A DNA stretch of 64,000 nt from Nitrosopumilus sp. Its GTDB lineage: Archaea; Thermoproteota; Nitrososphaeria; Nitrososphaerales; Nitrosopumilaceae. This document shows positions 53,601 through 60,715 of the stretch, one piece after another (the stretch's first letter is position 1; each line of letters opens with the position of its first letter). The notes under the pieces were generated by a model that was not told the origin of the DNA, ran no database searches, and saw only the letters and a list, made by a program, of their open reading frames with translations. Position numbers and translations under genes: made by a program. The DNA is taken from NCBI GenBank assembly GCA_965204345.1, contig OZ241981.1, positions 1,856,001-1,920,000 of the forward strand, in the 5' to 3' direction.

Positions 53601-56600
53601 GATGGCACCATCACTGGTGATGACCCCGTAACCTTTACGGCAACCTTTAGCGAGGATGTCCAAGACTTTGTCCTAGCTGACATTACAATAACTGGTACTG
53701 CCAACGACGGCAATCCAGTAGCAACCAACTTTGCAACAGTTGATGCCCGCACATACACCTTTGATGTTGCTCGCGGCTCTACAGACGGAACCGTATCTCC
53801 ATCCATTGCAGCAAATGTGGCAACAGACCTTGCAGGCAACTCCAACACCGCATCTGCCCCAGTTACTGTCACAATAGACACTATTGTCCCAACCGTATCC
53901 ATTACACCTGCCGATGGCACCATCACTGGTGATGACCCCGTAACCTTTACGGCAACCTTTAGCGAGGATGTCCAGAACTTTGTTCTGGCTGACATTACAG
54001 TAACGGGCACTGCCAACGGAGATGCTCCAGCAGCAACCAACTTTGCAACAGTTGATGCCCGCACATACACCTTTGATGTTGCTCGCGGCACCACAGACGG
54101 AACCGTAACTCCATCCATAGCAGTAGACGTAGCAACAGACCTTGCAGGCAACTCCAACACCGCATCTGCCCCAGTTACCGTCACAATAGACACTCTTGTT
54201 CCAACTGTCTCTGTAACTACAACTGCCAATGATCTCACCAACTCTGATACCATAACCTTTACGGCAACCTTTAACGAGGATGTCCAGAACTTTGTTCTGG
54301 CTGACATTACAGTGGCAGGCACCGCAAACGACGGCGCCCCAGCAGCAGCCAACCTTGTAACAGTTGGTGCCCGCACATACACCTTTGATGTTGCTCGCGG
54401 CTCCTCAGACGGAACCGTAACTGCATCAATAGATGCTGGTGCGCTAACAGACCTTGCAGGCAACTCCAACACCGCATCTAATTTAGTCACCGTCACAATA
54501 GACACCACTGCCCCAACAGTCTCTGTCAGTTCACCTGCTGGCAGCAGCACCGGACTTGATACGGTACCATTTATAGTAGAATTTAGAGAGGATGTTGAAG
54601 AGTTTATCCTAACTGACATTACAGTAACAGGCACTGCCAACAACGGCACCCTCACAGCAACTGACTTTGTAGCAGTTGATGCCAGCACATACACCTTTAA
54701 CGTTGCAGGCATATCCTCTGACGGAACAGTAATTATATCCATTGCAGCAGACGTGGCAGCAGACCTTGCAGGCAACCCCAACACCGCATCTGCTCCAGTT
54801 ACCGTTACCATAAACACCGATGTCCCATACGTATCCCTGAGCACAGATGCTGCTGATCCTACAAACTCTGAGGCCATCTCATTTACTGCAACCTTTAGCG
54901 AGGATGTCACAGGATTTGTACAATCTGACATCGGTGTGGAAATTGACGGAACCCCAGCAGCTAATAGCCTGATAACTGCCTTTACTGAAACCAGTGGTAT
55001 CCAATACGACTTTACAGTCGCACACGGCATCACTCTAGAAGGTCAGCTGACAGTAAGAATACCTGACAATGTAGTAGAGGGTGACAACACCGATGCTGTA
55101 CATATTATCACTGTGGACATGGTAAGGCCATCCGTAACCATCACGTCTGCTGATGGCACCACCACTGGTGATGATCCAGTAACCTTTACTGCAACCTTTA
55201 ACGAGGATGTCCAGAACTTTGAACTAGGTGACATTACAGTAGAAGGCACTGCCAACGGCGGCAGTCCCACAGCATCCAACATTGGTGGTACTGGCAGTGT
55301 CTACACCTTTAATGTGGCACGCGGCTCATCAGACGGAACCGTAATTGTATCAATAGCAGCAGACGTAGCAACAGACCTTGCAGGCAACCCCAACACCGCA
55401 TCTGCTCCAGTTACTGTCACCATCAACACTACAGGAGATGACATTGAGGATAATATCCCGCTTGGAGGTCCTGATGGCCAACCTACATACGAGCCATCCT
55501 CAAATCTGATCACCCTTAATGTAATACATGACACATTACCTGACACAATTATTGCCACTGATGGCCAACTGATTAACTTTAATGGCGCACCAACATTTGC
55601 TGATGATAGTGCAAACGGAGTAAAGAGTGTGACAATCTCTAATTCTACAACTGTTGTTACTTCTGCTGTCTCTAATTCTCAAACAGTAACTGTCACTTAT
55701 CCAGCTAATGTCGTTGTAACCGGTTCATTTGGTGATTGGACTGGCCGTATTGCCGTTCCATCACTTTCTACTGGTACTGCTACTCCTCCAACACCAAATG
55801 ATGAGATAGGACTGGCATTCTCTGTAGGTGATGACAACACTAGACTAACATTTGATCAGGCAGTCAGGTTACTATTGCCTGGACAAGCAAGCCATGATGG
55901 TGCCTTCTTCCAAGGAGAAGATGCTGATGGCGTTATAGATTCACGACCACTAGTTGTATGTCCGTTTGTTCCTGTCAATCAGGCTACTGCCAATGATAAT
56001 CTTGAAGCTGGCAGCGCACTGGAATCCTGTTTTACTCGTCCTGGCTCTGATATGATCATCTGGACCACACACTTTAGCTCATTTGGCTCATTCTCTGTAT
56101 CTGATGATCAGCCTGCTGTTACACCATCCGCATCTTCTGGCGGTAACCGCGGTGGCGGTGGCGGCGGTGGCGGCGGAGGAGGAGGAGGCAACAGCGGCCA
56201 GTCTCCTGACTCGCGCATATGTGGCCTCCAGCTTTGCAGTGAGATCAACACAGGAACGGGCTCTTCATCTGGTTCTAGCATATCTACAAACAATACTCAG
56301 ACTGGAGCAGGACAAGATCTGATGGATCCAGAACCACAGGTACCCGGTCTGAATGAGGCAGAGGAGGAGAAGAAGGAAGAAGGGCTGATAAAGATGGACC
56401 CAGAACCAGCTATGGAAACTCAGATGGACCCAGAACCAGCTATGGAAACTGATATGGACCCAGAACCAGCTATGGAAACCCAGATGGACCCAGAACCATC
56501 TATGGAAATTGAGATGGATCCAGAACCACAGGTACCAGGTTTGAATGAAAAGACAGACCCAGAACCAACAGCAGAAGCAGGAACGTCTACAATGATGGAT

Positions 56601-56780
56601 TCAGAACCACCTCAAACCGGCACAGATAAGAACAATGATCAAGAGTCAACATGCGGCCCCGGAACACAGCTGGTAGACGGAAAATGCGTGCCTGCTGATT
56701 CACAGAGCAGCTCCGAGGATCAAAAGGGCTTCTTTGCTGCAATCCAAGACTTTTTTAGCTCCCTGTTTGGATTTGCATAA
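38658..56780 (+). CDS. Giant (~6,040 aa) secreted surface protein with bacterial Ig-like and cadherin-like repeats
   Basis: Signal-peptide-like N-terminus ending AFA-Q. Dozens of TFTATFSEDV...DLAGNxN Ig-like modules and DP(D/E)GDTLSY cadherin-like modules, Gly linker, acidic repeats, amphipathic C-terminus. Confidence 0.9.
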   Translation: MIPLLVGGGTLISSAPPAFAQSISIDDVTIAEGESLSHPITLSGFGPTPDIFLSSIVGSDSSIPLSISQGGIITADISFDVVAHPSTGTDIRTNFDLSNDIQIRIGVDGSGAFRTSAFTLTVTDVNRIPAGTAPSFSLNIGETHTGNLASNIADPDGDTLSYTLTNNACQSSSVTVNPTGAFTVTATNNNAVTYPEDCSFTFEVTDGSATEQFTSSYRVLSTVSNSLPPIPASVPSATVEYPNLTVPQISLRDHFVDPEFDTLSFNNFSSCAAGVTLDVTLVNATIMQINPVASDVGTTCVVSFDISDGTTQSTGQPYSFELVITENPAPVRTATPLVIDVPADQPQTSTININDYYTDDKPLSINSVTSDDCSFRQVIVDVGIIEFTLLANDPEGVTCTVEMDVSDGNRSITATLTINHLERATASLNTDASDPTNLEAIPYTVTFGRDVTGFELDDIIVRHDDVIIRSGLITSIAGEGDEYTFTVTHSFTEGLLVVIVSQDAVVGGNDSAVSRITVDRIKPTVSIAPVDGTTTGDDPVTFTATFSEDVRNFVLGDITVSGTANDGSPVASNLLGTGSVYTFDVARGSTDGTVIASIAADVAEDLAGNLNEASAPVTATIYTVPVPTITSVRGLIDSTDPSETFRVTFSNPVTDFVADDILITGTANGGNPEISNFAGSGDTYTFDVAGGVSDGSVIISIPAGVAVHHLSGADNAASAQFDFLFLFFGPTTTISTTADPLTPLHTVPFIVTFSQDVFPLTLSDITVTGTANGGNPVASNLQILNSRTTSDGETVAPRFSFDVVRGSSDGTVTVSIPAAAATSSNFDSNIASNEITVTIDTTILPPVPAVAPVINLEHPVLDPHQEFSLDDHFTDPQGDTLSYTNISDDCTGTLTQQSPAGSDTFRFVSSAAETCTLSFDISDGTGASTGGAYTVNISVVLDAAPVRTATPLTVDVLSSQPRKVTLDINNYYTDTQTLTLVSAPTSSDCTDFVSTILSNGQFDFEPINAFASASTCTVQATFSDGNRHTTAELTINYLDAATVSLDTDVTDPTNSEAIQFTATFGSDVTGFIADDIVVTIDGNPATPGSLISAFSGSGADYAFTVTHGITAEGQLTVTIPANAVAEGNTASTVTTFTVDRIVPTVTITPADGTTTSDDPVTFTATFSEDVVNFEIGDITVTGTANATNPVASNLLGTGSVYTFDVARGTTDGTVTASIDAGVLADLAGNLNTASNSVTVTITTNTLPPVPAVTPGITLQHPVLAAHQEFSLDDHFTDPEGDTLSYTNPSDDCTGTLTQQPPAGSDTFRFVSSDAETCTLSFDISDGTIASTGSAYTVNISVVLDAAPVRTATPLTVDVPVDQPRKVTLDINNYYTDDGTLTLVSAPTSSDCTDFVSTILSNGQFDFEPINAFASASTCTVQATFSDGNRHTDTEITINYLSLPTVTVAEGESLSHQVSLPANFFPADVGLISTGHRYLSINLDGLVTGNIPFDVVTHPPTGTSIRDDFDLSTEIQVEYQLDDGADIITGSFTLTVTDVNRVPAGTVPPSFSFNIDETHTGNLATNIADPDGDTLSYTLDNNACQSSSVTVNPTGAFTVTATPNNAVTYPEDCSFTFDVTDGSATEQFTSSYRVLSTVTNLLPPIPASVPSATVEYPSITDPQISLRDHFEDPEFDTLSFNNFSSCAAGVTLDVTLLDNHNMQIAPFARDVGTTCVVSFDISDGTTQSTGQPYSFELVVTENPAPVRTATPLVIDVLSDQSRTVTIDINDYYTDDKSLSIFSTITSDDCTFRSTSPDSGVFTFEAIEDSTGGLTCTVQTTFSDGNYLTPVAFTINYLDRTSVSLTTDVGDLTNLEAIPYTVTFGRAVTGFDQDDIIVRIDETTTTPGLITSFAGEGAQYTFTVTHGLTESLLVVVIPADAADGGSASDISRITVDRANPTVSITPADGTITSDDPVTFTATFSEDVQNFILSDITVTGTANGTNPAAANFVTVDARTYTFDVARGTSDGTVTASIAADVATDLAGNLNAASAPVTVTIDTTVPSVSLDTTAADTTNSEAIEFTATFDRDVTQFVQEDIVVAINGTDTSGLISAFSGSGADYAFTVTHGIATQGELAVTIPDGVVAEGNTASTHTLTVDRIRPSVSITPADGTTTSDNSVTFTATFSEDVEDFELTDITVTGTANGGVPAAANFVTVDASTYTFDVARGSTDGTVIPSIAADIATDLAGNLNTASNSVTVTITTNTLPPVPAVTPGITLQHPVLAAHQEFSLDAHFTDPEGDTLSYTNISDDCTGTLTQQPPAGSDTFRFVSSTAETCTLSFDISDGTDASTGAAYTVNISVVLDAAPVRTATPLTVDVLSSQPRKVTLDINNYYTDDGTLTLVSAPTSSDCTDFTSTILSNGQFDFEPINAFAGASTCTVQATFSDGNRHTTAELTINYLDAATVSLDTDVTDPTNSEAIQFTATFGSDVTGFIADDIVVTIDGNPATPGSLISAFNGSGADYTFTVTHGITAEGQLTVTIPANAVVEGNTASATTTLTVDRIVPTVTITPADGTTTGDDPVTFTATFSEDVEDFELTDITVTGTANGGSPEASNLLGTGSVYTFDVARGSTDGTVIPSIAADVATDLAGNSNTASAPVTVTIDTVPLTVSVTTTVGENTNSDTVTFTATFSKDVEDFILTDITVTGTANGGSPAASNLLGTGSVYTFDVARGSTDGTVIPSIAADVATDLAGNPNTASAPVTVIIDTLAPTVSVSSSTGSSTGLDTVPFRVTFDEDVENFVLDDITVAGTANGGTLTASGFATVDARTYTFNVAGISSDGTVIASIAADVATDLAGNPNTASAPVTVTVDTTVPSVFLDTTATDPTNSDTVNFTATFDEDVTGFVQSDIVVAIDGTPAANSLITAFSGSGADYTFTVTHGIAAEGQLTVTIPDDAVVEGNTANTRTLTVDRIDPTVTITPVDGTITGDDPVTFTATFSEDVENFVLADITVTGTVNGGSPVASNLLGDGSVYTFDVARGSTDGTVTVSIAGDVARDLADNPNTASNSVTITITTLPPVPAVSPGITLQHPVLDPHQEFSLDDHFTDPNGDTLSYTNISDDCTGTLTQQPPAGSDTFRFVSSDAETCTLSFDISDGTYTSTGGAYTVNISVVLDAAPVRTATPLTVDVLSSQPRKVTLDINNYYTDTQTLTLVSAPTSSDCTDFTSTILSNGQFDFEPINAFASASTCTVQATFSDGNRHTTADLTINYLDAATVSLDTDVTDPTNSEAIPFTATFGSDVTGFIADDIVVTIDGNSATPGSLITAFSGSGADYAFTVTHGIAAEGQLAVTIPANAVVEGNTASATTTLTVDRIDPTVTITPADGTTTGDDPVTFTATFSEDVENFELADITVTGTANGGSPVASNFVTLDARTYTFDVARGTTDGTVIASIAADVATDLAGNSNTASNSVTVTVDTTVSSVSLDTTAADPTNSEAIEFTATFDRDVTQFTLEDIVVAINGTDTSGLISAFSGSGADYAFTVTHGITTQGELTVTIPANAVVEGNTASTHTLTVDRIRPSVSITPADGTTTSDNSVTFTATFSEDVEDFELADIRVTGTANGTNPVASNLLGTGNVYTFDVARGTTDGTIIPSIAADVATDLAGNLNTASNLVTVTITTNTLPPVPAVTPGITLQHPVLAAHQEFSLDAHFTDPEGDTLSYTNISDDCTGTLTQQPPAGSDTFRFASSAAETCTLSFDISDGTDASTGAAYTVNISVVLDAAPVRTATPLTVDVLSSQPRKVTLDINNYYTDTQTLTLVSAPTSSDCTDFTSTILSNGQFDFEPINAFASASTCTVQATFSDGNRHTTADLTINYLDAATVSLDTDVTDPTNSEAIPFTATFGSDVTGFIADDIVVTIDGNSATPGSLISTFSGSGADYAFTVTHGITAEGQLTVTIPTNAVVEGNTASATTTLTVDRIVPTVTITPADGTTTGDDPVTFTATFSEDVENFVLADITVAGTANGGTPTASNFVTLDARTYTFDVARGTTDGTVIASIAADVATDLAGNSNTASNSVTVTVDTTVSSVSLDTTAADPTNSEAIEFTATFDRDVTQFTLEDIVVAINGTDTSGLISAFSGSGADYAFTVTHGITTQGELTVTIPANAVVEGNTASTHTLTVDRIRPSVSITPADGTTTSDNSVTFTATFSEDVEDFELADIRVTGTANGTNPVASNLLGTGNVYTFDVARGTTDGTIIPSIAADVATDLAGNLNTASNLVTVTITTNTLPPVPAVTPGITLQHPVLAAHQEFSLDAHFTDPEGDTLSYTNISDDCTGTLTQQPPAGSDTFRFASSAAETCTLSFDISDGTDASTGAAYTVNISVVLDAAPVRTATPLTVDVLSSQPRKVTLDINNYYTDTQTLTLVSAPTSSDCTDFTSTILSNGQFDFEPINAFASASTCTVQATFSDGNRHTTADLTINYLDAATVSLSTDVTDPTNSEAIPFTATFGSDVTGFIADDIVVTIDGNSATPGSLITAFSGSGADYAFTVTHGIAAEGQLAVTIPANAVVEGNTASATTTLTVDRIDPTVTITPADGTTTGDDPVTFTATFSEDVENFELADITVTGTANGGSPEATNLNGEGSVYTFDVARGSTDGTVTPSIAANVATDLAGNSNTASAPVTVTVDTTVPSVSLDTTAADPTNSEAIEFTATFNEDVTGFIADDIVVAINGTDTSGLISAFSGSGADYAFTVTHDITTQGELTVTIPDGAVAEGNTASIHTLTVDRIDPSVTITPADGTTTSDNSVTFTATFSEDVEDFELADITVTGTANGGNPVADNFVTVDDRTYTFDVARGSSDGTVSPSIGANVATDLAGNSNTASAPVTVTIDTIVPTVSITPADGTITGDDPVTFTATFSEDVQNFVLADITITGTANDGNPAAANFVTVDDRTYTFDVARGSSDGTVTSSIAADVATDLAGNSNTASAPVTVTIDTTALTVSITPADGTITGDDPVTFTATFSEDVQDFVLADITITGTANDGNPVATNFATVDARTYTFDVARGSTDGTVSPSIAANVATDLAGNSNTASAPVTVTIDTIVPTVSITPADGTITGDDPVTFTATFSEDVQNFVLADITVTGTANGDAPAATNFATVDARTYTFDVARGTTDGTVTPSIAVDVATDLAGNSNTASAPVTVTIDTLVPTVSVTTTANDLTNSDTITFTATFNEDVQNFVLADITVAGTANDGAPAAANLVTVGARTYTFDVARGSSDGTVTASIDAGALTDLAGNSNTASNLVTVTIDTTAPTVSVSSPAGSSTGLDTVPFIVEFREDVEEFILTDITVTGTANNGTLTATDFVAVDASTYTFNVAGISSDGTVIISIAADVAADLAGNPNTASAPVTVTINTDVPYVSLSTDAADPTNSEAISFTATFSEDVTGFVQSDIGVEIDGTPAANSLITAFTETSGIQYDFTVAHGITLEGQLTVRIPDNVVEGDNTDAVHIITVDMVRPSVTITSADGTTTGDDPVTFTATFNEDVQNFELGDITVEGTANGGSPTASNIGGTGSVYTFNVARGSSDGTVIVSIAADVATDLAGNPNTASAPVTVTINTTGDDIEDNIPLGGPDGQPTYEPSSNLITLNVIHDTLPDTIIATDGQLINFNGAPTFADDSANGVKSVTISNSTTVVTSAVSNSQTVTVTYPANVVVTGSFGDWTGRIAVPSLSTGTATPPTPNDEIGLAFSVGDDNTRLTFDQAVRLLLPGQASHDGAFFQGEDADGVIDSRPLVVCPFVPVNQATANDNLEAGSALESCFTRPGSDMIIWTTHFSSFGSFSVSDDQPAVTPSASSGGNRGGGGGGGGGGGGGNSGQSPDSRICGLQLCSEINTGTGSSSGSSISTNNTQTGAGQDLMDPEPQVPGLNEAEEEKKEEGLIKMDPEPAMETQMDPEPAMETDMDPEPAMETQMDPEPSMEIEMDPEPQVPGLNEKTDPEPTAEAGTSTMMDSEPPQTGTDKNNDQESTCGPGTQLVDGKCVPADSQSSSEDQKGFFAAIQDFFSSLFGFA
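47820..52490. repeat. Near-perfect 1,815-bp (605-aa) tandem duplication, ~2.6 copies (ends approximate)
   Basis: Matching sequence and shadow ORFs recur at offset 1815 (48590/50405/52220; 49499/51314). Confidence 0.9.
56393..56530. repeat. 30-bp tandem repeat encoding MDPEPAMETQ-like units
   Basis: ATGGACCCAGAACCAGCTATGGAAACxxxx, about 4.5 copies. Confidence 0.9.
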
Positions 56781-57572
56781 TTACTGGGACAAACAAGTCA
56801 GGATGATTCTATTGAAACACTACCATGTACAACTTGTTTGCCACCAATGCAATACTTTGAACCAATTGGCTCCAAATGACTTGAGAGACCTGTGAAGATA
56901 ATAGCAAGCCACGGATCAAACATCTCAGAATCTGCAGAAATGCATGACAGAAATGCCCTTAGGCCTGCAGGCGAGGAAATAAAATCTGCCAACATACTTT
57001 CTTTCAATACTCAAATCATTCTAATTTTTGTTACCTCAGATGAAAGATTAAAAATCCTCCTCAATACTGCCTTGATGTAAAATACAGTCCATTTCCGTAT
57101 TGGTTGTTGAAGAAATGCTAGAGGATTCAAACATAAAACAAAAACTAAAATCATAAAAGATTTAAAATTTCAGACTAGTCTTGCCCGAAAGAATACTAGA
57201 GAATTAAACTCTATGACAAAAAAAAAACACAGACTGATTGGGATGTTGCCATGCAAAAATCTGAAGAAATAATTTTACATGCCGGGAAAAAAGGATACAA
57301 AATAAGTGAAAAAATTGCCATACAATGCGGATCACTTGGCCCTAAATTCAAAAGAAAAACAAAGGCAAGCATAAAAGCCGGAAAGATACAGCTGACTTTT
57401 AAAGTGATGATTTGGATTTGCTAAAAAAACTTGTAGATTTCCAAAAAGCAGAAATCATCACAAACAAGGCATTCCAAGAAAAAAAATAAAGGCAATCCTT
57501 TCAAAAATTCAGATCTCTTTTCAGGCTCATTTTTTATAAACTTCTTAAATATTGCAATCTCTTAACTATGTG

Positions 57573-57971
57573 ATGAGTCGTGAGGATTTCAACTATGCTT
57601 CTATTTTGGTGCAAGATATTATGACTAGGGCACTAATTACCGTAAACTTATCCACTACTGCATTACAGATTGCAAAAATGATGGAACAAGGAGGAATTGG
57701 TGCAATTATTGTGCAGGAAAACAACAATCCTGTCGGAATTATAACTGATAGAGACTTTGCAACAAGGCTTGCTGCAAACAATCTTCCATTTGATACTCCT
57801 GTTGAAAAAATAATGTCTGCACCGCTGATCACAATTAATCACAATGAGCCCATCTCTGCTGCTGCTCAAAGAATGACTAGCAAAAAAATACGAAAACTTG
57901 CCGTTACTGAAAATGGCAGGGTAATTGGAATAATCACTTCTACTGACTTGGTCACTCAGCTGGCAAAATAG
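57573..57971 (+). CDS. CBS-domain pair protein
   Basis: VQDIMT...VGIITDRD and VEKIMS...IGIITSTD. Confidence 0.93.
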   Translation: MSREDFNYASILVQDIMTRALITVNLSTTALQIAKMMEQGGIGAIIVQENNNPVGIITDRDFATRLAANNLPFDTPVEKIMSAPLITINHNEPISAAAQRMTSKKIRKLAVTENGRVIGIITSTDLVTQLAK

Positions 57972-58453
57972 CTGGAATGTTTTTGTCTCTCTCTGCGAAA
58001 GACTGACTCAAACATGTGGCAGCCTGCTAAATGACTCTTGGGAACAATGATGACAATGACAATACTGTTCTGCTTTTATTTTCAGAAAACAAGGCAACGC
58101 AGGCCTTTATTGCCAAATATACCGTTTACTGCCCCAAGTGATCAAACCAGTGTCTCATTTTCACCTGTGATTGCCTTTGATTCATCAAATTACATCCTTT
58201 TTTTATTATCAAAATAAAATATCATGAAAAAAAAAATTCCAAAATAAATTACGCATCCTATAACATCTGCAATTATGACACTATTTGGGCAACTCTTGTT
58301 CTTCTCTAGTTGTAACACTGCAGGTGATGCTCAGATGACAAAGCAAATCAGGGAATAAAGCCCCTATGCTACATGCAATGATTGCGGACTTGGCTTATGG
58401 TGTGCTTTTGTCTAGCTAACAACTAATATCTTGCATCATTTCATAACTAGGCT

Positions 58454-59008
58454 ATGAAAAAAAGATGCAGGTGGGCAAAAGGTGATCTCAATATCTCTTA
58501 CCATGATGCTGAATGGGGTGTGCCCCAGCACGATGATCAAAAACTGTTTGAATTTCTGATATTGGAAGGCGCACAAGCTGGATTGGCCTGGGTTACCATT
58601 CTTAGTCGCAGAGAAGGCTATAGGAAGGCCTTTTCTGACTTTGATGCATCCAAAGTCTCAAAATACACTAAAAGACACGTAAGAAGACTGCTTGAGGATG
58701 AGGGCATTATTCGTAATAAGCTAAAGATTCATTCTGCAATTAACAACGCAAAGCAATTTCTCAAGGTCCAATCCGAATTTGGCACCTTTGATCAGTATCT
58801 GTGGTCTTTTGTAAATTACAAGCCAGTCAAAAACAAATTCAAAAAACACTCTGATCTGCCTGCATCTACTCTGCTATCTGAAAAATTAAGCGCGGATCTT
58901 AAGAAGCGCGGATTTAGTTTTGTCGGTCCTACAATATGCTATGCCTTAATGCAGGCCGTAGGAATGGTAAATGATCATACTTCTGAGTGTTTTTTGTTTA
59001 AAAATTAA
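58454..59008 (+). CDS. tag: DNA-3-methyladenine glycosylase I
   Basis: RCRW, YHDAEWG, LEGAQAGL, IIRNKLKI, GMVNDH..EC. Confidence 0.96.
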   Translation: MKKRCRWAKGDLNISYHDAEWGVPQHDDQKLFEFLILEGAQAGLAWVTILSRREGYRKAFSDFDASKVSKYTKRHVRRLLEDEGIIRNKLKIHSAINNAKQFLKVQSEFGTFDQYLWSFVNYKPVKNKFKKHSDLPASTLLSEKLSADLKKRGFSFVGPTICYALMQAVGMVNDHTSECFLFKN

Positions 59009-59038
59009 TTTTTAAGGAGGATTTATCCTTCTCTATAT

Positions 59039-59410
59039 ATGGCAGAAGGAAAGTTTGCAACGTCTGTGTCCTGTATGGATGGGAGGATACAGCTGCCCTT
59101 GGCAAGATGGATCAAAGAAAACCACTCTGTAGACTTTGTTGATGCAATTACAGAGCCTGGGATTGATAGGAAAGTTGCAGACGACTCTGACCTTGAGTCA
59201 GTTAGGGCCAAAATTGATATCTCAATTAATGCCCATAAATCCGAACTAGTTGTGGTGTCTGGCCATTATGACTGTGCTGGTAACCCTGTATCTGATGAGG
59301 AACATATTTCACACATCAAAAAAAGCGTTAAAGTAATTTCATCATGGAATCTAAACGCCAGGGTCATAGGCCTTTGGGTTGACGCCTCTTGGAACGTTCA
59401 CCCTGTTTGA
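59039..59410 (+). CDS. Small beta-class-like carbonic anhydrase
   Basis: CMDGR and HYDCAG metal ligands; DAITEPG. Confidence 0.8.
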   Translation: MAEGKFATSVSCMDGRIQLPLARWIKENHSVDFVDAITEPGIDRKVADDSDLESVRAKIDISINAHKSELVVVSGHYDCAGNPVSDEEHISHIKKSVKVISSWNLNARVIGLWVDASWNVHPV

Positions 59411-59414
59411 TGCC

Positions 59415-60683
59415 ATGAATCAAAAATTAGCCCAATTCTCAAAAACTGCTGGTCCGGGAATTTTGTTTGCCAGTACCGCCATTGGCGTTTCTCATCTAAT
59501 ACAATCCACAAGGGCAGGTGCAGATTTTGGATTGTTAATTATGGGGTTTGTAGTTTTAGCCATGGTCTTAAAATACCCGTTCTTTGAATACGGTTCCCGC
59601 TATGCAAGTTCCACGCAAACAAGCATAATTGACGGATACAAAAAGCTTGGCAAGCCTGCACTCTCCTTGTATTTTGTACTGATAGTATCCTCCATGTTCT
59701 TTGTCACCGGAGCAGTCGGCTTTGTCACTGCCGGCTTTTTTGAAAATCTTTTTGGCATAGATTTTCTTGGCAAATGGACTGTTGTTATCTTGTTTGCAGT
59801 GTGTGTGATAATTTTGGCTGTTGGAAAATACAATGCCCTTGATAGCCTAATCAAAATAGTCGCAATAGTGATGCTAGTATCCACCGTGACTGCATTTGTC
59901 TTGGTACTGTATGACGGGCCCATAGAGCCAGTAGAGGGATTCGTACCTGCGGACCTGCTGACCGTATCTGGCGTCTTCTTTTTGCTTGCACTGATGGGCT
60001 GGATGCCTGCACCCCTGGAAATCTCTAGCTGGAACAGCCTGTGGACACTGGAGAGAATCAGGCAATCCCGTTACAAGCCAAAACTAAAGGAGACGATATT
60101 TGAATTCAAGTTTGCATATGTGATTACGGGCATTCTTGCTGTGATGTTTGTAACTTTGGGCTCTTACATGTTCTTTGGCTCAGGCGAGCAGCTCCCAAAC
60201 AACAACGCACAATTTGCACACAAGGTGATCACTTTGTATACTAGTACCATTGGGGACTGGAGCCATCTTATCATCTCTGCATCTGCCTTTGCAATAATGT
60301 TTGGAACCATTATTGCCGTCTTTGATGGGTATTCCAGATCCCTGAGAAGAACCATTGAGTTGCTTTTTACCTCAAATGAGGGCGGTATCCAGGGAACAAA
60401 ATCCCGAGTTTTGTATGTTGTGCTGCTCTTGATAATTGCCATTGGCTCGCTTACCGTAATATTCCAATTCGGCGACAATCTAAAGGCACTAGTTGACTTT
60501 GCCACCGTCCTGTCTTTTGTTGTTGCGCCAGTAATTGCCATCTTTAATTTTAGGCTGGTCACTGGAAGGTTTCTCCCAGAGTCAGAGCACCCCTCCCTGC
60601 TGATGAGAATTATCAGTGCTGTTGGGATTGCATTTCTGATTGGTTTTGCACTGTTATTTTTAATAGTAAAGTTTGGCACATGA
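59415..60683 (+). CDS. NRAMP-like divalent metal transporter
   Basis: GPGILFASTAIGVSHL...RAGA, KYPFFEYG, LMGWMP; about 11 TM segments. Confidence 0.85.
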   Translation: MNQKLAQFSKTAGPGILFASTAIGVSHLIQSTRAGADFGLLIMGFVVLAMVLKYPFFEYGSRYASSTQTSIIDGYKKLGKPALSLYFVLIVSSMFFVTGAVGFVTAGFFENLFGIDFLGKWTVVILFAVCVIILAVGKYNALDSLIKIVAIVMLVSTVTAFVLVLYDGPIEPVEGFVPADLLTVSGVFFLLALMGWMPAPLEISSWNSLWTLERIRQSRYKPKLKETIFEFKFAYVITGILAVMFVTLGSYMFFGSGEQLPNNNAQFAHKVITLYTSTIGDWSHLIISASAFAIMFGTIIAVFDGYSRSLRRTIELLFTSNEGGIQGTKSRVLYVVLLLIIAIGSLTVIFQFGDNLKALVDFATVLSFVVAPVIAIFNFRLVTGRFLPESEHPSLLMRIISAVGIAFLIGFALLFLIVKFGT

Positions 60684-60715
60684 TCCTTTAAATTTGACGA
60701 ATCCAAATTCCTTTT

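Noticed and set aside
52925-55033. 702-aa minus-strand ORF and many similar antisense ORFs within the giant gene
   Set aside because: Shadow frames produced by the repetitive Thr/Asp/Ala-rich coding strand.
56781-58450. tRNA-Arg 3' duplicate (att site) and small ORFs after the giant gene
   Set aside because: No copy of the tRNA 3' end was found; ORF fragments are short and interrupted.
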